A stretch of DNA of 64,000 nt from an uncultured Rhodospirillaceae bacterium (GTDB lineage Bacteria > Pseudomonadota > Alphaproteobacteria > Reyranellales > Reyranellaceae): the NCBI GenBank assembly GCA_945952105.1, contig CAMFGZ010000023.1:1790-65789 (forward strand), read 5' to 3'. The position numbers and the translations under genes are program-made. The notes under the pieces were generated by a model. That model saw only the letters and a list, made by a program, of their open reading frames with translations. It was not told where the DNA came from and did not search any database. Positions 1 to 11,900 of this stretch are shown here, piece after piece. The number at the start of each line of letters is the position of its first letter. Within the stretch, counting starts at the first letter, position 1.

Positions 1-359
1 CTGCCGGTATGCGTGCCGTCATCGGAGAAGACGGCGAGGTGGACGGGCGCCTCCTTGAGGCCCGCCAGCTTCAGGTTGGCATAGATCTCGTGTTTCTCGC
101 CGCCGTAGCCGGCCAGCGCCTTTTCATTGGCTTGCGTAAAACTCTCGACCACGGCGCGGCGGCGCTCGGGGCTCTCGACATGGACGAACCGCCAGGGCTG
201 GCTGAGGCCGACCGACGGCGCGTGGCTTGCGACTTCCAGCAGCGCGTCGATGCGTTCGCGCGCCACCGGATCGGTACGGAAGCGACGCACGTCGCGCCGC
301 CACAGGACGAGTTCACGAAACTCGGCCCGGAAGGCCGCGTCGAAGTGCGGATGCGTCAT
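1..359 (-). CDS. bluB: 5,6-dimethylbenzimidazole synthase BluB (partial, runs off the left edge; not in the supplied ORF track)
   Basis: Manual minus-strand translation from ATG at 359: MTHPHFDAAFRAEFRELVLWRRDVRRFRTDPV...HAPSVGLSQPWRFV...YANLKLAGLKEAPVHLAV. The RRDVR, APSVG.SQPW and LKLxGL motifs are typical of BluB. TGATG overlap with the cobB stop. Confidence 0.93.
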   Translation of the reverse strand, partial: MTHPHFDAAFRAEFRELVLWRRDVRRFRTDPVARERIDALLEVASHAPSVGLSQPWRFVHVESPERRRAVVESFTQANEKALAGYGGEKHEIYANLKLAGLKEAPVHLAVFSDDGTHTG

Positions 360-1684
360 CAACTCCACCGATCGATTGCATGAAAGAACGTGCCGCTCAC
401 CGTGCCGCGACGGGCGCCCGCCTCCGGGACCGCGGCGCCGGTCGCATCGAGACAGTCGACGAGAGGCTCGTCGCCCGTCGACAGGATGCTGGCGTAATGG
501 AATTCGTGTCCGGCGACCTCGCCGCCCCGCACGCCCAGCACACCGTCCGCCACGAGACGGGCACGACGATAGCCGAGATGCAGGCGGCGTCTGGCGAACG
601 AGGTTTCGACGTTCAGCAGGCCGACCATTCCGTGTCTTGCTCCACCTGCATCTTCGAGCCCTTGTCCCAACACCATGTAGCCGCCGCACTCCCCGTGGAC
701 CGGCACCGACTTCGCCGCCATCGCTCTTACGCCAGCGGCAAAACGGCCGGCCGCGGCCAGCGTTCCCGCATGCAGTTCGGGATAGCCGCCCGGCAGCCAG
801 ACCACGTCCGCCGACGCATCGGGCGCTTCGTCGGCCAGCGGCGAAAAGGACATGATCTCTGCGCCCGCCGTCCGCCAGCTTTCCAGCAGGTGCGGATACA
901 TGAAGGAGAACGCACGATCCTGTGCGAGGGCGATGCGCTGGCCGGGCGGCGGCAACCCCTGTGTCGGCTGCATCGGGCTCATGCGGGCCATGCGGGCGCC
1001 GGCTTCGATGGCATCGAGATCGAGCGCGGCCTCGACCGTGTCGGCCAGCGTATCGAGGCGGCGCACGATGTCGGGCAGTTCGACCGCCTGCACGAGACCG
1101 AGATGCCGTTCGGGCAGCGCGAAGTGCGGGTTCGATGGCAGCGCGCCCAAAAGCTTCAGGCCGGCGCGTTCGAGGCCCGGCGCGATCATGCCGACATGCC
1201 GCGCGCTGGCGGCGCGATTGAGGATGACGCCGGCCACCTCGACATCGTCTCGATAGCGCGCGAGTCCGCTTGCAATGGCCGCCGCCGTCTCGGCTTGGCC
1301 GGAGACGTCGAGCACCAGCACGACGGGCCAGCCTGTCAGCGCCGCGAGATCGGCGGTCGCACCGCGGGCCGTCTGGCCGGGTGCGGCCACGCCGTCGAAC
1401 AGGCCCATCACGCCTTCGACGACGACGAGATCGGCGGATGAACCGTGACGCGTCACGAGGTTCGTCAGCGTCGCCGGCGACATCGCCCAGGTGTCGAGAT
1501 TGAAGCTCGCTCGACCGGTCGCCGCCGTATGAAAGGCCGGGTCGATATAGTCCGGTCCGCACTTGAAGGGCTGCACTGTGCGGCCGCGCCGCGCCAGCGC
1601 CCGGATCAGGCCGGAGGCGATCGTCGTCTTGCCGGCGCCGGAGCGCGCCGCGGCCACGATCAGCCCGCGCGGCCGCTCGCTCAT
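359..1684 (-). CDS. cobB: Hydrogenobyrinic/cobyrinic acid a,c-diamide synthase
   Basis: SGAGKTT P-loop, FKCGPDYIDP, VVEGVMGLFDG, C-terminal GATase GECGGY and HEFHY. Confidence 0.96.
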   Translation of the reverse strand: MSERPRGLIVAAARSGAGKTTIASGLIRALARRGRTVQPFKCGPDYIDPAFHTAATGRASFNLDTWAMSPATLTNLVTRHGSSADLVVVEGVMGLFDGVAAPGQTARGATADLAALTGWPVVLVLDVSGQAETAAAIASGLARYRDDVEVAGVILNRAASARHVGMIAPGLERAGLKLLGALPSNPHFALPERHLGLVQAVELPDIVRRLDTLADTVEAALDLDAIEAGARMARMSPMQPTQGLPPPGQRIALAQDRAFSFMYPHLLESWRTAGAEIMSFSPLADEAPDASADVVWLPGGYPELHAGTLAAAGRFAAGVRAMAAKSVPVHGECGGYMVLGQGLEDAGGARHGMVGLLNVETSFARRRLHLGYRRARLVADGVLGVRGGEVAGHEFHYASILSTGDEPLVDCLDATGAAVPEAGARRGTVSGTFFHAIDRWS

Positions 1685-2466
1685 TGCCAGTCGACCATCG
1701 AGGCCAGCACGTCTTTGCGCAGCGCCGCGATCTTCCCGATGACGGCGATGCAGGGCGAGCCGATGCCATGTCGCTGCGCATCGATGGCAAGCGCATCGAG
1801 CCGGCTCTCGACGACGCGCTCACCGTCAACCGTCGCGGACTGGATCAGCGTCGCCGGCGTATCGGCCGCCAGTCCGCCACGCTGCAGCGCCGCTACGATC
1901 TCCTCGAGCTGCGCCATCGGCATATAGAGGATGAGCGGCTGGCCGAGCCTGGCCAGCGCTTCCCAGTCGGCGGACGTCTGGCCGTCGGCGCGATGCCCTG
2001 CCGCCAGCACGACGGCATGGTTGGTGTCGCGCGAGGTCGCGGGAATGCCCGCCAGCGCCGTTCCCGCGAGTCCCGCCGTCAGACCCGGGATGATGCGGAA
2101 GCGCAAGCCCGCCTCGCACAGCGCCGTCACTTCTTCCCAACCGCGACCGAAGACGAAGGGATCGCCGCCCTTCAGCCGAAGCACGCGCCGCCCGGCGCGT
2201 GCCCGCTCGATCAACAGCGCGTTGATCTCGTCCTGCTTGGGCGACGGCTTGCCCCCGCGCTTGCCCGCCGGCAGCAGGACCGCGTCCTGTCGCGCGAGCC
2301 GCAGCACGCGCGGGTCGACCAGCGCGTCGTGCACGATGTCGTCGGCCATCGTCACCGCGTGCAGCGCCAGCACCGTCAGCAGGCGCGGGTCGCCAGGACC
2401 GGCGCCCGCCAGCCACACCTCGCCCGGAGGGAATTCCGGCAGGTCGGGAAAGCCTGCCAGGGTCAC
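1681..2466 (-). CDS. cobA: Uroporphyrinogen-III C-methyltransferase
   Basis: [38 protein letters not shown]; 4-nt overlap with cobB. Confidence 0.94.
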   Translation of the reverse strand: MTLAGFPDLPEFPPGEVWLAGAGPGDPRLLTVLALHAVTMADDIVHDALVDPRVLRLARQDAVLLPAGKRGGKPSPKQDEINALLIERARAGRRVLRLKGGDPFVFGRGWEEVTALCEAGLRFRIIPGLTAGLAGTALAGIPATSRDTNHAVVLAAGHRADGQTSADWEALARLGQPLILYMPMAQLEEIVAALQRGGLAADTPATLIQSATVDGERVVESRLDALAIDAQRHGIGSPCIAVIGKIAALRKDVLASMVDWQ

Positions 2467-3224
2467 GCGCCGCGCCTTCGGAAGCGCCGCTGATAGGCCG
2501 CGTCATAGAGCGCGCTGTTACGGAAATCGCGCGCATCCAGAACCTTGCCGACAAGGATCAGTGCCGTGCGCTCGATCGGCGCCTTCGCCACTTCACCCTT
2601 GATCGTTCCGAGCGTGGCGCGAATCACGCGCTCGTCGGGCCAGGTCGCGCGATAGACGATGGCGACAGGACAATCGGCACCGTAATGCGGCATTAGCTCC
2701 GCCACGACCTTGTCGAGCGCGTGGATCGACAGATGCAGCACCAGCGTCGCGCCGGTCGCGGCGTAGGCCGCCAGCTTCTCACCCTCCGGCATCGCCGAGG
2801 CACGCCCCGAGGTCCGCGTCAGCACGACGGTCTGCGCCACTTCGGGCAGAGTGAGTTCCTGTCCCAGCGCGGCGGCGGCGGCCGCGAACGAGGGAACGCC
2901 CGGTGTCACAGTGTAGGGTATTCCCTCGCCATCGAGGCGGCGAAGCTGCTCGCCGAGCGCGCTCCACACCGAGAGGTCGCCGGAGTGGAGACGCGCCACG
3001 TCCTCGCCGGCATCGGTCGCGCGGCGGCATTCCGCGACGATCTCGTCGAGCGACAGCGGCGCGGTGTCGACGATGCGGGTGCCCGATGGGCAATGATCGA
3101 GCAGCGCCTTCGGCACCAGCGAGCCGGCATAGAGGCAGACCGCGCAGCGCGCGATCAGGTCGCGGCCGCGCACGGTGATCAGGTCCGGCGCGCCCGGCCC
3201 CGCCCCGATGAAATGGATGGTCAT
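2463..3224 (-). CDS. cobM: Precorrin-4 C11-methyltransferase
   Basis: [50 protein letters not shown] at the C-terminus. Confidence 0.96.
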   Translation of the reverse strand: MTIHFIGAGPGAPDLITVRGRDLIARCAVCLYAGSLVPKALLDHCPSGTRIVDTAPLSLDEIVAECRRATDAGEDVARLHSGDLSVWSALGEQLRRLDGEGIPYTVTPGVPSFAAAAAALGQELTLPEVAQTVVLTRTSGRASAMPEGEKLAAYAATGATLVLHLSIHALDKVVAELMPHYGADCPVAIVYRATWPDERVIRATLGTIKGEVAKAPIERTALILVGKVLDARDFRNSALYDAAYQRRFRRRGA

Positions 3225-3604
3225 CGTCCTTCTCCGATGGCGATCGCGCAGGTCGCGCGTTCCGTCGCAACGCGCGTTCCCAGCAGCCGGCCTTCGCGGC
3301 CCGCCACCACCAGCGCCGACGCTTCCGCGATCGACGGCAGACCCTTGGCCTTCAGCACCAGCTTCGACGGGGTGAGCACGCGGCCGGCAACACGGTCGAG
3401 ATCGTCGACCGTGCAGGCCACCAGCCGCACCGACAGCCGCCGCGTCACCTCGGCGAAGGCCGGATCAGTCGCCTTCTCCGATTCCGTCGCCACCGCATCG
3501 AGGCGCTCCACAGGGAGGTCGAACAGGCCGAGTGCCATGCGCACGACCCGCTCGATCTCGTTGGCCGACGTGTCGCGCCGGCAGCCCACGCCCGCGACGA
3601 TCAT
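3221..3604 (-). CDS. cobE: CobE / CbiG C-terminal-domain protein
   Basis: Start reassigned to ATG 3604 (ATGA overlap with cobL stop): [10 protein letters not shown]...[12 protein letters not shown]...ATCAIA, the CobE/CbiG_C pattern. Confidence 0.85.
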   Translation of the reverse strand: MIVAGVGCRRDTSANEIERVVRMALGLFDLPVERLDAVATESEKATDPAFAEVTRRLSVRLVACTVDDLDRVAGRVLTPSKLVLKAKGLPSIAEASALVVAGREGRLLGTRVATERATCAIAIGEGR

Positions 3605-4842
3605 GGTTTCCTCGCCCGCCACTGGATGACGGGTGCCGCATGACGCCACACGAAGACGTTGCCCGTGCCGGCGCGGCCCGCCTTGGCGACCTGCAGCCGC
3701 GTGATCTCGCCACCGCGCTGCTGGAAGCACTCGATCAGGCGAGCCTCCGACTGCAGCGACACGGCGTTGGCGACGATGCGCCCGCCCGGCTTCAGCGCGG
3801 CCCAGGCCGCGTCCAGAAGGCCGGGATCGGAGAGGCCACCGCCGACGAAGACCGCGTCGGGTGCCGGCAGTCCTTCGAAAGCCGCCGGTGCAGATTTCTG
3901 GACGATATGCAGATCGGGCGCGCCGAGCATCGCCGCGTTGCGCGCCGCCCGCGCCGCCCGCTCGACGCCCTCCTCGATGCCGATGGCCCGCAGCGAGGGA
4001 TGGCGCAGCATCCATTCGATGGCGATCGAGCCCGCGCCCAGCCCGACATCCCATAAAAGCTCGCCCTGCTGCGGCGCCAGCGATGAGAGCGTCACGGCGC
4101 GGATGTCGCGCTTGGTGAGCTGGCCGTCATGCTCGAACAGCGCATCGTCGAGGCCCGGCGCCAGGGTCACGATCCTCGCATCGGGCAAGGCCACGACTTC
4201 GAGTGCCACGATGTTGAGAGCAGCGACGTCCGTAAACGCGAACGACTGAGCCGTTTCGGTTCGCACGCGCTCCCGTGGCCCGCCGAGCGCTTCCAGCACC
4301 GTGAGCCTTGATCGACCCATGCCGCGCGATGCCAGCAACCGCGCCAGACGGTCAGGCGTCTGGCCATCCCATGAAAGCGCGAGGATGCGCGCGCCGGGTT
4401 GGAGATGGCGCACGATGCCTTCCAGCGCGCGGCCGTGCAGGCTCACCAGCGTGGCGTCCTGCAACGACCAGCCGAGCCGTGACGCCGCGAGGCTGAACGA
4501 CGAAGGCTGCGGCAGGCAGAGCATCTCGTCGGCCGGAACCGAGCGCAGAAGCATGTCGCCGACGCCGTAGTGGAACGGATCGCCGCTCGCCAGGACGACC
4601 ACCGGCCGGCCGCGCAGCGCCTCGATCTCGACCATCGCGCCGGCAATCGGGCTCGGCCAGGCAAGCGAGCGACCGCGGATCAGGTCGCCGCAAAGTTCCA
4701 GATGACGCTTGCCGCCGACCACCAGCTCCGCCGAGGACACGAGCTGGCGTGCCACGGGGGACAGGCCGCCGATTCCGCCCTCACCGACACCGACGATGGA
4801 CAGCCATCGCGCGGCCGGGCAGGTTGCGCCCCCGCCCGTCAT
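3601..4842 (-). CDS. cobL: Precorrin-6Y C5,15-methyltransferase (decarboxylating), CbiE-CbiT fusion
   Basis: WLSIVGVGE, VLASGDPFHYGVG, HDGQLTKRDIRAVTLS, WDVGLGAGSIAIEW, PDAVFVGGG. Confidence 0.95.
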   Translation of the reverse strand: MTGGGATCPAARWLSIVGVGEGGIGGLSPVARQLVSSAELVVGGKRHLELCGDLIRGRSLAWPSPIAGAMVEIEALRGRPVVVLASGDPFHYGVGDMLLRSVPADEMLCLPQPSSFSLAASRLGWSLQDATLVSLHGRALEGIVRHLQPGARILALSWDGQTPDRLARLLASRGMGRSRLTVLEALGGPRERVRTETAQSFAFTDVAALNIVALEVVALPDARIVTLAPGLDDALFEHDGQLTKRDIRAVTLSSLAPQQGELLWDVGLGAGSIAIEWMLRHPSLRAIGIEEGVERAARAARNAAMLGAPDLHIVQKSAPAAFEGLPAPDAVFVGGGLSDPGLLDAAWAALKPGGRIVANAVSLQSEARLIECFQQRGGEITRLQVAKAGRAGTGNVFVWRHAAPVIQWRARKP

Positions 4843-4856
4843 CGCCCGGCTCCGAC

Positions 4857-5612
4857 ATGCGCGTTCTCATCCTCGGCGGCACCACGGAAGCTTCTTCCCT
4901 CGCCCGATTGCTCGCAAACGATGCGCGCTTCGAGGCGACGCTGTCGCTGGCAGGCCGCACGGCGCAGCCAGCGTCGCAAGCCTTGCCCACACGCATCGGC
5001 GGCTTCGGCGGGATCGACGGGCTGGTGCACTACTTGAAAGACGGGAAGATCGACGCCGTCGTCGATGCGACACACCCCTATGCCGACCAGATGTCGGCGC
5101 ATGCCCTCGCGGCGTGCGAACTGGTTGGCATTCCACTCGCATCGCTGGCGCGCGCGCCGTGGACGCGGCAAGCCGGCGATGGCTGGCAAGACGTTGCAGA
5201 CACCGAAGCCGCGGTCATTGCGCTCGGCGCAGTTCCGCGCCGCGTCTTCCTGGCGATCGGCCGGCAGGAGCTGCCACTGTTCGCCGGCGCCCCGCAGCAT
5301 AACTACCTGGCGCGCGTCATCGATGCGCCGGCCGAGACCCAACTGCCGCCGCGTCTCACGCTGCTGCAGGCGCGCGGCCCCTTCGATCTTGCGGCCGAAA
5401 CCACGCTGCTGCGCGATCATCGGATCGACGTCGTCGTCTCCAAGAATGCCGGCGGAAACGCGACCTATGCCAAGATCGAGGCGGCCCGCGCACTCGGCGT
5501 GCCGGTCGTGATGATCGCGCGACCGCACAAGCCCGCCGGTCATGTCGTGGCGAGTCCCAAAGAGACAGTGGCCTGGCTCGATCATGCGCGGCGCTCGCTG
5601 CGTGGCGTGTAA
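4857..5612 (+). CDS. cobK: Precorrin-6A reductase
   Basis: ATG 4857: MRVLILGGTTEAS, RIGGFGGIDGL, VVDATHPYA, VVSKNAGG..TYAKIEAARALG. Inverted relative to the flanking cob genes. Confidence 0.95.
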   Translation: MRVLILGGTTEASSLARLLANDARFEATLSLAGRTAQPASQALPTRIGGFGGIDGLVHYLKDGKIDAVVDATHPYADQMSAHALAACELVGIPLASLARAPWTRQAGDGWQDVADTEAAVIALGAVPRRVFLAIGRQELPLFAGAPQHNYLARVIDAPAETQLPPRLTLLQARGPFDLAAETTLLRDHRIDVVVSKNAGGNATYAKIEAARALGVPVVMIARPHKPAGHVVASPKETVAWLDHARRSLRGV

Positions 5613-6328
5613 ATCCAGCGGCCAACAGTGCGCGTCGTGCTGGCGCCGATGATGACCAGCGTGCGCATGTCGGCCACCGCTGCATCCGCCGTTTCCAGCG
5701 TCGCCACCGTCACCTTGGCATCGGCCGTTCCCGCCGCGCGCACGAACAGGACCGGCGTCGTGCCCGCCTGCACCAGCCGCAGCAGGTCGAAAGCCTGGCC
5801 GAGCTGGTGCGGCCGCGCCTTCGAGGCCGGATTGTAGAGCGCGATCACGAAGTCGGCCTCGGCCGCCGCCTTGAGTCGCCGCTCGATCGTCGCCCAGCCT
5901 TTCAGATTGTCGGAGAGCGAGATCGCGCAGAAATCGCCGCCCAGCGGCGCGCCGACTTCCGCGGCCGCCGCCAGCATGGCCGTCACGCCGGGCTCGACCC
6001 TGATGTCGAGCGACCGCCAGGCAGGATCGCCCGCTTCCACCGCCTCGAACACCGCCGAGGCCATGGCGAAGACACCGGGATCGCCGCCCGACACGACGAC
6101 GACCCGACGGCCGGCCGCGGCGAGAGACAGGGCGTGCCGCGCGCGATCGAGTTCGACGCGATTGTCCGAGGCATGGCGCTGCTGGTCCGCGCGCCCCGGA
6201 GGAATGCGATCGAGATAAGGGCCGTAGCCCACGAGGTCGGACGCGCGATCCAGCGCCGCGCGCGTGGCGGGCGTCATGAGATCGGCCTTGCCCGGCCCCG
6301 TGCCCACCACGGTCAGCGAGCCGCTCAC
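5582..6328 (-). CDS. cobJ: Precorrin-3B C17-methyltransferase
   Basis: GTG 6328 overlapping the cobI stop: LTVVGTGPG, VVVSGGDPGVFAMA, DFCAISLSD, ALYNPAS, IYTPR. Confidence 0.95.
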   Translation of the reverse strand: MSGSLTVVGTGPGKADLMTPATRAALDRASDLVGYGPYLDRIPPGRADQQRHASDNRVELDRARHALSLAAAGRRVVVVSGGDPGVFAMASAVFEAVEAGDPAWRSLDIRVEPGVTAMLAAAAEVGAPLGGDFCAISLSDNLKGWATIERRLKAAAEADFVIALYNPASKARPHQLGQAFDLLRLVQAGTTPVLFVRAAGTADAKVTVATLETADAAVADMRTLVIIGASTTRTVGRWIYTPRSERRA

Positions 6329-7083
6329 AACTGCCGCCCCCGGCCCGCGATCAGGACCATCGCGAAATAGACGCCGGCCGGATCGCCGCACTCGGCCAGC
6401 GGCACGATGCGCTCGTCCTGCATGGTGCCGCGCTCGACATAGACCGCGCGCGACAGCAGGCCGGCCGCTTCCACGGCGCGCCGCACCTTACCGAGATTGC
6501 GGCCGAGCTTCATGATCACCGCGGCATCTGTGTTGCGCAGGCGGTCCACGAGATGCTCCTCGCCCAGCGTACCCGGCAGCACCGAAAGCGTGTCGTTGCC
6601 CCAGGTGATCGGCAGATTGGCGCGCGTCCAGCAACCCGACATGCCGGTGACGCCGGGCACGACCTCGACCGGAAACGTCTCGGCGAGCCGGCGCCACATA
6701 TGCATGAACGATCCGTAGAAGAACGGATCGCCCTCCGCGAGAAGGCCGACCGACTTGCCGTCCTCCAGCAATGCCGCCAGCGAGGACGAGGCCTCGGCAT
6801 AGAAGTCCGCGATCTGGCTCTGATAGTCGGGATGGTCCGCCGGGATCTCGTCGGTGACGGGATACTCTAGTCGCAGCTCCGCGCGCTGCGCTTCCATCAG
6901 CGGAGTCACGATGCGACGCGCATTGCCGAGGAGGCCGCGCTTGGCGAAGAAGGCGACCACGTCGACAGAACGCACCAGGCCGGCCGCGCGCAGGGTGAGG
7001 TAGCGCACGTCGCCGGGGCCGACGCCGATGCCGTAGAGCGTCCCGCGCTCGGCGGTACCCGCGATCTCTTCGAGGCTGGTCAT
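6325..7083 (-). CDS. cobI: Precorrin-2 C20-methyltransferase
   Basis: ATG 7083 (ATGA overlap with cobH): [54 protein letters not shown]. Confidence 0.95.
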   Translation of the reverse strand: MTSLEEIAGTAERGTLYGIGVGPGDVRYLTLRAAGLVRSVDVVAFFAKRGLLGNARRIVTPLMEAQRAELRLEYPVTDEIPADHPDYQSQIADFYAEASSSLAALLEDGKSVGLLAEGDPFFYGSFMHMWRRLAETFPVEVVPGVTGMSGCWTRANLPITWGNDTLSVLPGTLGEEHLVDRLRNTDAAVIMKLGRNLGKVRRAVEAAGLLSRAVYVERGTMQDERIVPLAECGDPAGVYFAMVLIAGRGRQL

Positions 7084-7712
7084 TCGATGTCGCTGGTCAG
7101 CGCGTTGATCGCCGCGGCCGTCATCGCGCTGCCGCCGCGGCGGCCGCGCACGATCAGGAACGGCACCCGTCCATCCGCGGCCAGGGCTTCCTTGGATTCC
7201 AGTGCACCGACGAAACCGACCGGCACGCCGATCACGGCTGCCGGCATCGGCGCACCTGCGTCGAGCATTTCGAGCAGGCGGAACAAGGCGGTCGGCGCAT
7301 TGCCGATGGCGACGACGGCGCCGCCGAGACGCTCGCGCCACAATTCCATCGCCGCCGCCGAGCGCGTGTTGCCGAGTTGCCGTGCCAGGTCCGCCACGGA
7401 AGGATCGTCGAGCGTGCAGACGACGTCGTTCGCCGCCGGCAGCCGCGCTCGCGTCACGCCGTTGGCCACCATCTTCGCGTCGCAGAGGATCGGCGCGCCT
7501 TTCCTGAGCGCGTGCCGCGCGGCCGCTGCGAAGCCCGGCGACATCTCGATGTCTCGGGCGACCTCGGGCATGCCGCAGGCGTGGATGATCCTCACAGCCA
7601 CGCGCTCCTCAACGGGATTGAACCGGGCGAGATCGGCCTCGGCGCGGATGATCGCGAAGGAGCGTCGATATATTTCCGCGCCGTCGCGGATGTAGTCACG
7701 CGAGTCAGCCAC
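7080..7712 (-). CDS. cobH: Precorrin-8X methylmutase
   Basis: [58 protein letters not shown]. Confidence 0.97.
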   Translation of the reverse strand: MADSRDYIRDGAEIYRRSFAIIRAEADLARFNPVEERVAVRIIHACGMPEVARDIEMSPGFAAAARHALRKGAPILCDAKMVANGVTRARLPAANDVVCTLDDPSVADLARQLGNTRSAAAMELWRERLGGAVVAIGNAPTALFRLLEMLDAGAPMPAAVIGVPVGFVGALESKEALAADGRVPFLIVRGRRGGSAMTAAAINALTSDIE

Positions 7713-8919
7713 GAGACTGCTCCGGCAATACCGCTTCGATGGCTTTCGGATCGATCAACCGTTCGACGGTGCCGTGCGTCGTGCCGTTCCGGATTGCGCG
7801 GTAGCGACCTGCATCGCCGACCAGCACGAGCGCGGACGGCGCGGAGCGCGCGCAACCCTTCTCGCAGCCCGAGAGGTGGATACGGCCTTCGAAGTCATGC
7901 AAGGCCAGGCGACGTGCATCGGCCCGCGTATCGACGGTGCTCGATGCACAATCCGGCGCGCCGGGACAGGCTTCGATACGCAGCAGTGGATCGCCGGCGT
8001 CGACGATCAAACCGATGCTGCGCGCACCCTCGAGCACGCGACGGCCTGACTCAGCGTCGCGCACACGCATGTAGAGCGTACGCCACGGCGACAGGCGAAG
8101 ATCGCGCGCCCCCGCCCCTTCAGCAAGATGGATCAGTTGGCGAAGCTGCTTCGCCTCCAGTCGACCGAAGGAAGCCGCGACACCAATCGCGCCGTCCAAA
8201 AGGCCGAGCCTGGGTCCACCGGATGCCGTGAAAGGCGACAGCGGCCGCAATCCCGGTGTGACCGCCGACTGCACCCGGAAGAAAGCCGCAGGCGGCAGGC
8301 TGCGCAGTCGTGTCCGCGGCACGTTCTCCAGCACTGCGTTCATCGCCGCCACGGCGAGACCGACAGCGGCTTGGGGTGCACACACGCCGAGCCAGCGCGT
8401 GCCTTCCTTTGTGTCGAGCCCGAAAGCGATTTCGCCGGCCATGATCCGCAGGCTGATGTCGGCGCGCTCGCCGGCGAGGGAGACGGGTCCCTCCTCGTCC
8501 ACGAGAAGGCCGAACTTGGTGGGAAGACCGCGAAGGCGCAGGTCGCCGGTCAGGACCTCCTCGAGCCGGGCCGCGATCCCGTATGCGTCCGAGGCGGACT
8601 CGGCGAGCGGCGCGACCATCACGTTGCGCACGGCCTCTGACTCGGCATCGTCGTCGAGCAGGCCGAGCCGGTCGAGTTCGGCTTGCAACCCGGCGAGCCG
8701 GCCTTCGGTCAGGCCGCGAATCTGAAGGTTGGCGCGCCGTGTCAGGTCGATATGACCGTTGCCCAGCCGCGCGGCGAGGCCGGCCAGTACACGAGCCGCG
8801 TAGAGCCCGATGCGGCCCACGCGCGGCCGCACGCGCACGATCAGCCCGTCGCCGCTCTGCATCGGCCGCAGAGCGCCCGGGCACCAGCCTTTCCTGAGGA
8901 CCGTAGAGGCCATGCTCAT
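7705..8919 (-). CDS. cobG: Precorrin-3B synthase (oxygen-dependent)
   Basis: [36 protein letters not shown], Fe-S Cys motifs ACPGAPDC and SGCEKGCA. Confidence 0.92.
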   Translation of the reverse strand: MSMASTVLRKGWCPGALRPMQSGDGLIVRVRPRVGRIGLYAARVLAGLAARLGNGHIDLTRRANLQIRGLTEGRLAGLQAELDRLGLLDDDAESEAVRNVMVAPLAESASDAYGIAARLEEVLTGDLRLRGLPTKFGLLVDEEGPVSLAGERADISLRIMAGEIAFGLDTKEGTRWLGVCAPQAAVGLAVAAMNAVLENVPRTRLRSLPPAAFFRVQSAVTPGLRPLSPFTASGGPRLGLLDGAIGVAASFGRLEAKQLRQLIHLAEGAGARDLRLSPWRTLYMRVRDAESGRRVLEGARSIGLIVDAGDPLLRIEACPGAPDCASSTVDTRADARRLALHDFEGRIHLSGCEKGCARSAPSALVLVGDAGRYRAIRNGTTHGTVERLIDPKAIEAVLPEQSRG

Positions 8920-8928
8920 GGTCCGGTC

Positions 8929-11900
8929 TTAATCAACCGCCCGCGCTGGCTCCGCAAGCCCGATCGCGCGCGTCAGATCGCGCTCCACGGCGTTGCGCCG
9001 CGTCGTCCAGAGGCCGCGGTCCAGCGCGTCCCTGAGACGGGCCGCGATGGCGGCAACGGCGGCCGGGTTGCGTTCCGCCATGGCCGCCAGAACCGCCTCG
9101 TCGGCCATCAGCGCGGCATGGGTCGCATCGAACAGCGGACCGGGCACGATCGCCGCCGTCGCCGCGAAGGCATAGAGCGCATCGACCGACTGCGCGATCT
9201 CGGCCACGCCGCGATGGCCGTGGCACAGCATGCCCTGGATCCAGCGCGGATTGGTGAGGCGCCCGCGCACGATGCGAGCGACTTCCTCGGCCAGCCGCCG
9301 CGCCCTGGGCTGCGACGTGTCGCTGGTGTCGAGATGGTAGAGCTCGGGCTCGTTGCCGAGCAGCGCCGCCGCCGCCGCGAAGCCGCCGGCGAAGTCGGCG
9401 ACGCCATCGCCATCGAGCACGTCGCGCTCGCGATCGTCCTGCGGATGGACCAGCACGTCGGCTGTCGAGACGAGATGACGAAACCCCTCGCCCGCCGCGC
9501 GCACCGGCTCGGGCCCGCCATAGGCATGGGTCACCGCACCGAGATAGATCGCGCCGAGATCGGCGCGCGTCTTCCAGTCGCCATCGAGCGCCACGTCGCC
9601 CGCCTGCGCGCCGTAGCTGCCGGGCGCGGAGCCGAAGACGCGCGCGAGATCGGCATCGGCGCGACGGGCGGCGGCGAGCGGGTTCTCCTCGTCGGGCTCG
9701 TCGAGATCGGCGACGCGCCGCACCGCCATGTCGAACAGCGCGATCTGCGCTTCGAAGATGTCGCGGAACAGGCCCGAGATGCGCAAGGTCACGTCGATGC
9801 GCGGCCGGTCGAGCGTGGCGAGCGGCATCACCTCGATGCCGCTGACGCGGCTCGACGCGGTGTCCCAGACCGGCTTCACGCCGAGATAGGCGAGCGCCTG
9901 GGCGAGATCGTCGCCGCCGGTGCGCAGCGACGCCGAGGCCCAGAGGTCGATCACCAGCGCGCGCGGCGGCTCGCCGTGATCCTGCAGATAACGCCGAACG
10001 ACCTCGTCGGCGGCCCGCGCACCGATGACGGCGGCGGTGCGGGTCGGAATGGCGCGCGGATCGATCGACGTGAGGTTGCGCCCCGTCGGCAGCACATCAG
10101 CCCGGCCGCGCGTCGGCGCACCCGCCGGCCCCGGCGCGACGCGACGACCGGCAAGCGCCGCCAGCAGCGCCGAGCGCTCGCGCGCCGCACTTGCCCGGAT
10201 CGGCGCTTCGCCGCCCGTCGTGGCCGCAAGCGTCGCGATCCGCGCTTCGTCCGGCAGGGTGCCGAAGACGTGCAGGCCTTCGCGGATGCTGAGTTCCTTG
10301 ATGTCGCAGAGATGGGCGTCGAGCTTGGCGACGGCCTGGCGGCTGGGCTCGTCCTTCACGAGACCGCATTCGGCAGCGAGGCCGCTGCTCCAGGCGCGCT
10401 CAACGATCTCGTCTTCAAGGTGACGCAGGCGGCGGCTGTCGAGCCCGTCGGCGGCGGCATATTCCTCGATGATCCCTTCCATCTCGGCCATCGCGCCGTG
10501 CAGGCCCGCGGCACTGAGCGGCGGCGTCAGATGGCCGATGGTGACGGCACCCAGCCGGCGCTTGGCCTGCACCGCCTCGCCCGGATTGTTGACGATGAAC
10601 GGATAGATCACCGGCAGCGGCCCCAGCACCGCCTCGGGCCAACAGCCGGCCGACAACGCCAGCGCCTTGCCCGGCAGCCATTCCAATGTGCCGTGCGTGC
10701 CGAGATGGATCATCGCGTCGATCCGCTCCTGCTCGCGCAGCCAGGCGTAGAGCGCGACATAGGCAGGACGCGGCGGGCAGGTCATGTCGTGATAGCCCGA
10801 CTTGCGGTCCTGCAAGGTGCCGCGATCGGGCTGCAGCAACACCGTGACCTTGCCGCAGCGGAGCACCGGCAGCCGGAAGCCCTTTGGCGGCGCGCCCCAA
10901 GTGTCGGCCAGCTCCTGCTGCAGGCCTGCCGGCAATGCCGAGTGCCAGGCGCGATAGGTTTCGAGCGGAATGTCGATGTGATCGGCCGCGCCTGCGAGAA
11001 GCTTTTCGACATCGGCGGCCTGCCAGTCGCGACCACCCGTGTCGTAGCCCTCGGCGTACAGCAGGCTCAGGATCTCGACCACGCTGGCCGGCGTGTCGAG
11101 ACCGACCGCGTAGCCGGTGCGGCCGCCGCGTGCCGGATAGTCGGACAGGACGAGCGCCAGCCGCCGTTCCGCGACTGGCGTCGCTCCGAGCTTCGCCCAT
11201 GACGCCGCCAGCCGCGCGACATAGTCGATGCGGTCGGGTTCGGGCTCGTGATGCACGCTGCCGAATTCCAGCGCCGGATCGGGCTCGGCTTCGGCCTTGA
11301 AGGAGATCGCACGCGTCAGCAGCCTGCCGTCGAGCTCGGGCAGCACGACGTTCATGGCGAGATCGGCGGGCGCCAGCCCCCGCAGAGAGCCGTCCCATGC
11401 CTCACGCGCGCTGCCTGACAGCACGACCTGCAGCACCGGCACGTCGGCGCCGTCGAGCACCGTCGTGTCGTCGTCGCGCAGGGCGGAGAAGGCCGTCGTG
11501 TTGAGGATGATCGCGGGCTTGCGGTCGCGCAGCAGCGCTTCGAGCGGCGCTTGCACGGCCGGATCCTTCAGGCTGCTCACCGCCACGCCGACCGGTGCCA
11601 GCCCCTGCCTGTCGAGCGCCTGCATCAGCGCGTTCATCGGCGCGATGTCGGCGGCGATCAGGTTGGCGCGATAGAACACGACCAATGCCGTTGGCCGGCC
11701 ATCGTCCGCCGCGCCGAGGATCGTGAGTGGACCGACTGGCTCGGGCGCGGTCCACGAAACCTCGCGGCCCAACAGGCTCGCGGCATAGCGCAGTGCCTGG
11801 CGCAGGTTCGCGGTGCCGCCGGCCCGGAAGTAGCCATCGAGGCGGGCGAGCTGGTCGGGCTTGAGCGTCGAGACGGCGGCCAGCCGCGGGTCGGGCCGGT

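Noticed and set aside
9-383. 124-aa plus-strand ORF at the window start
   Set aside because: It is the antisense shadow of bluB, which reads with clear motifs on the minus strand.
8683-11202. 839-aa plus-strand ORF
   Set aside because: Antisense shadow of cobN; long stop-free opposite frames are expected at this GC content, and it has no recognisable motifs.
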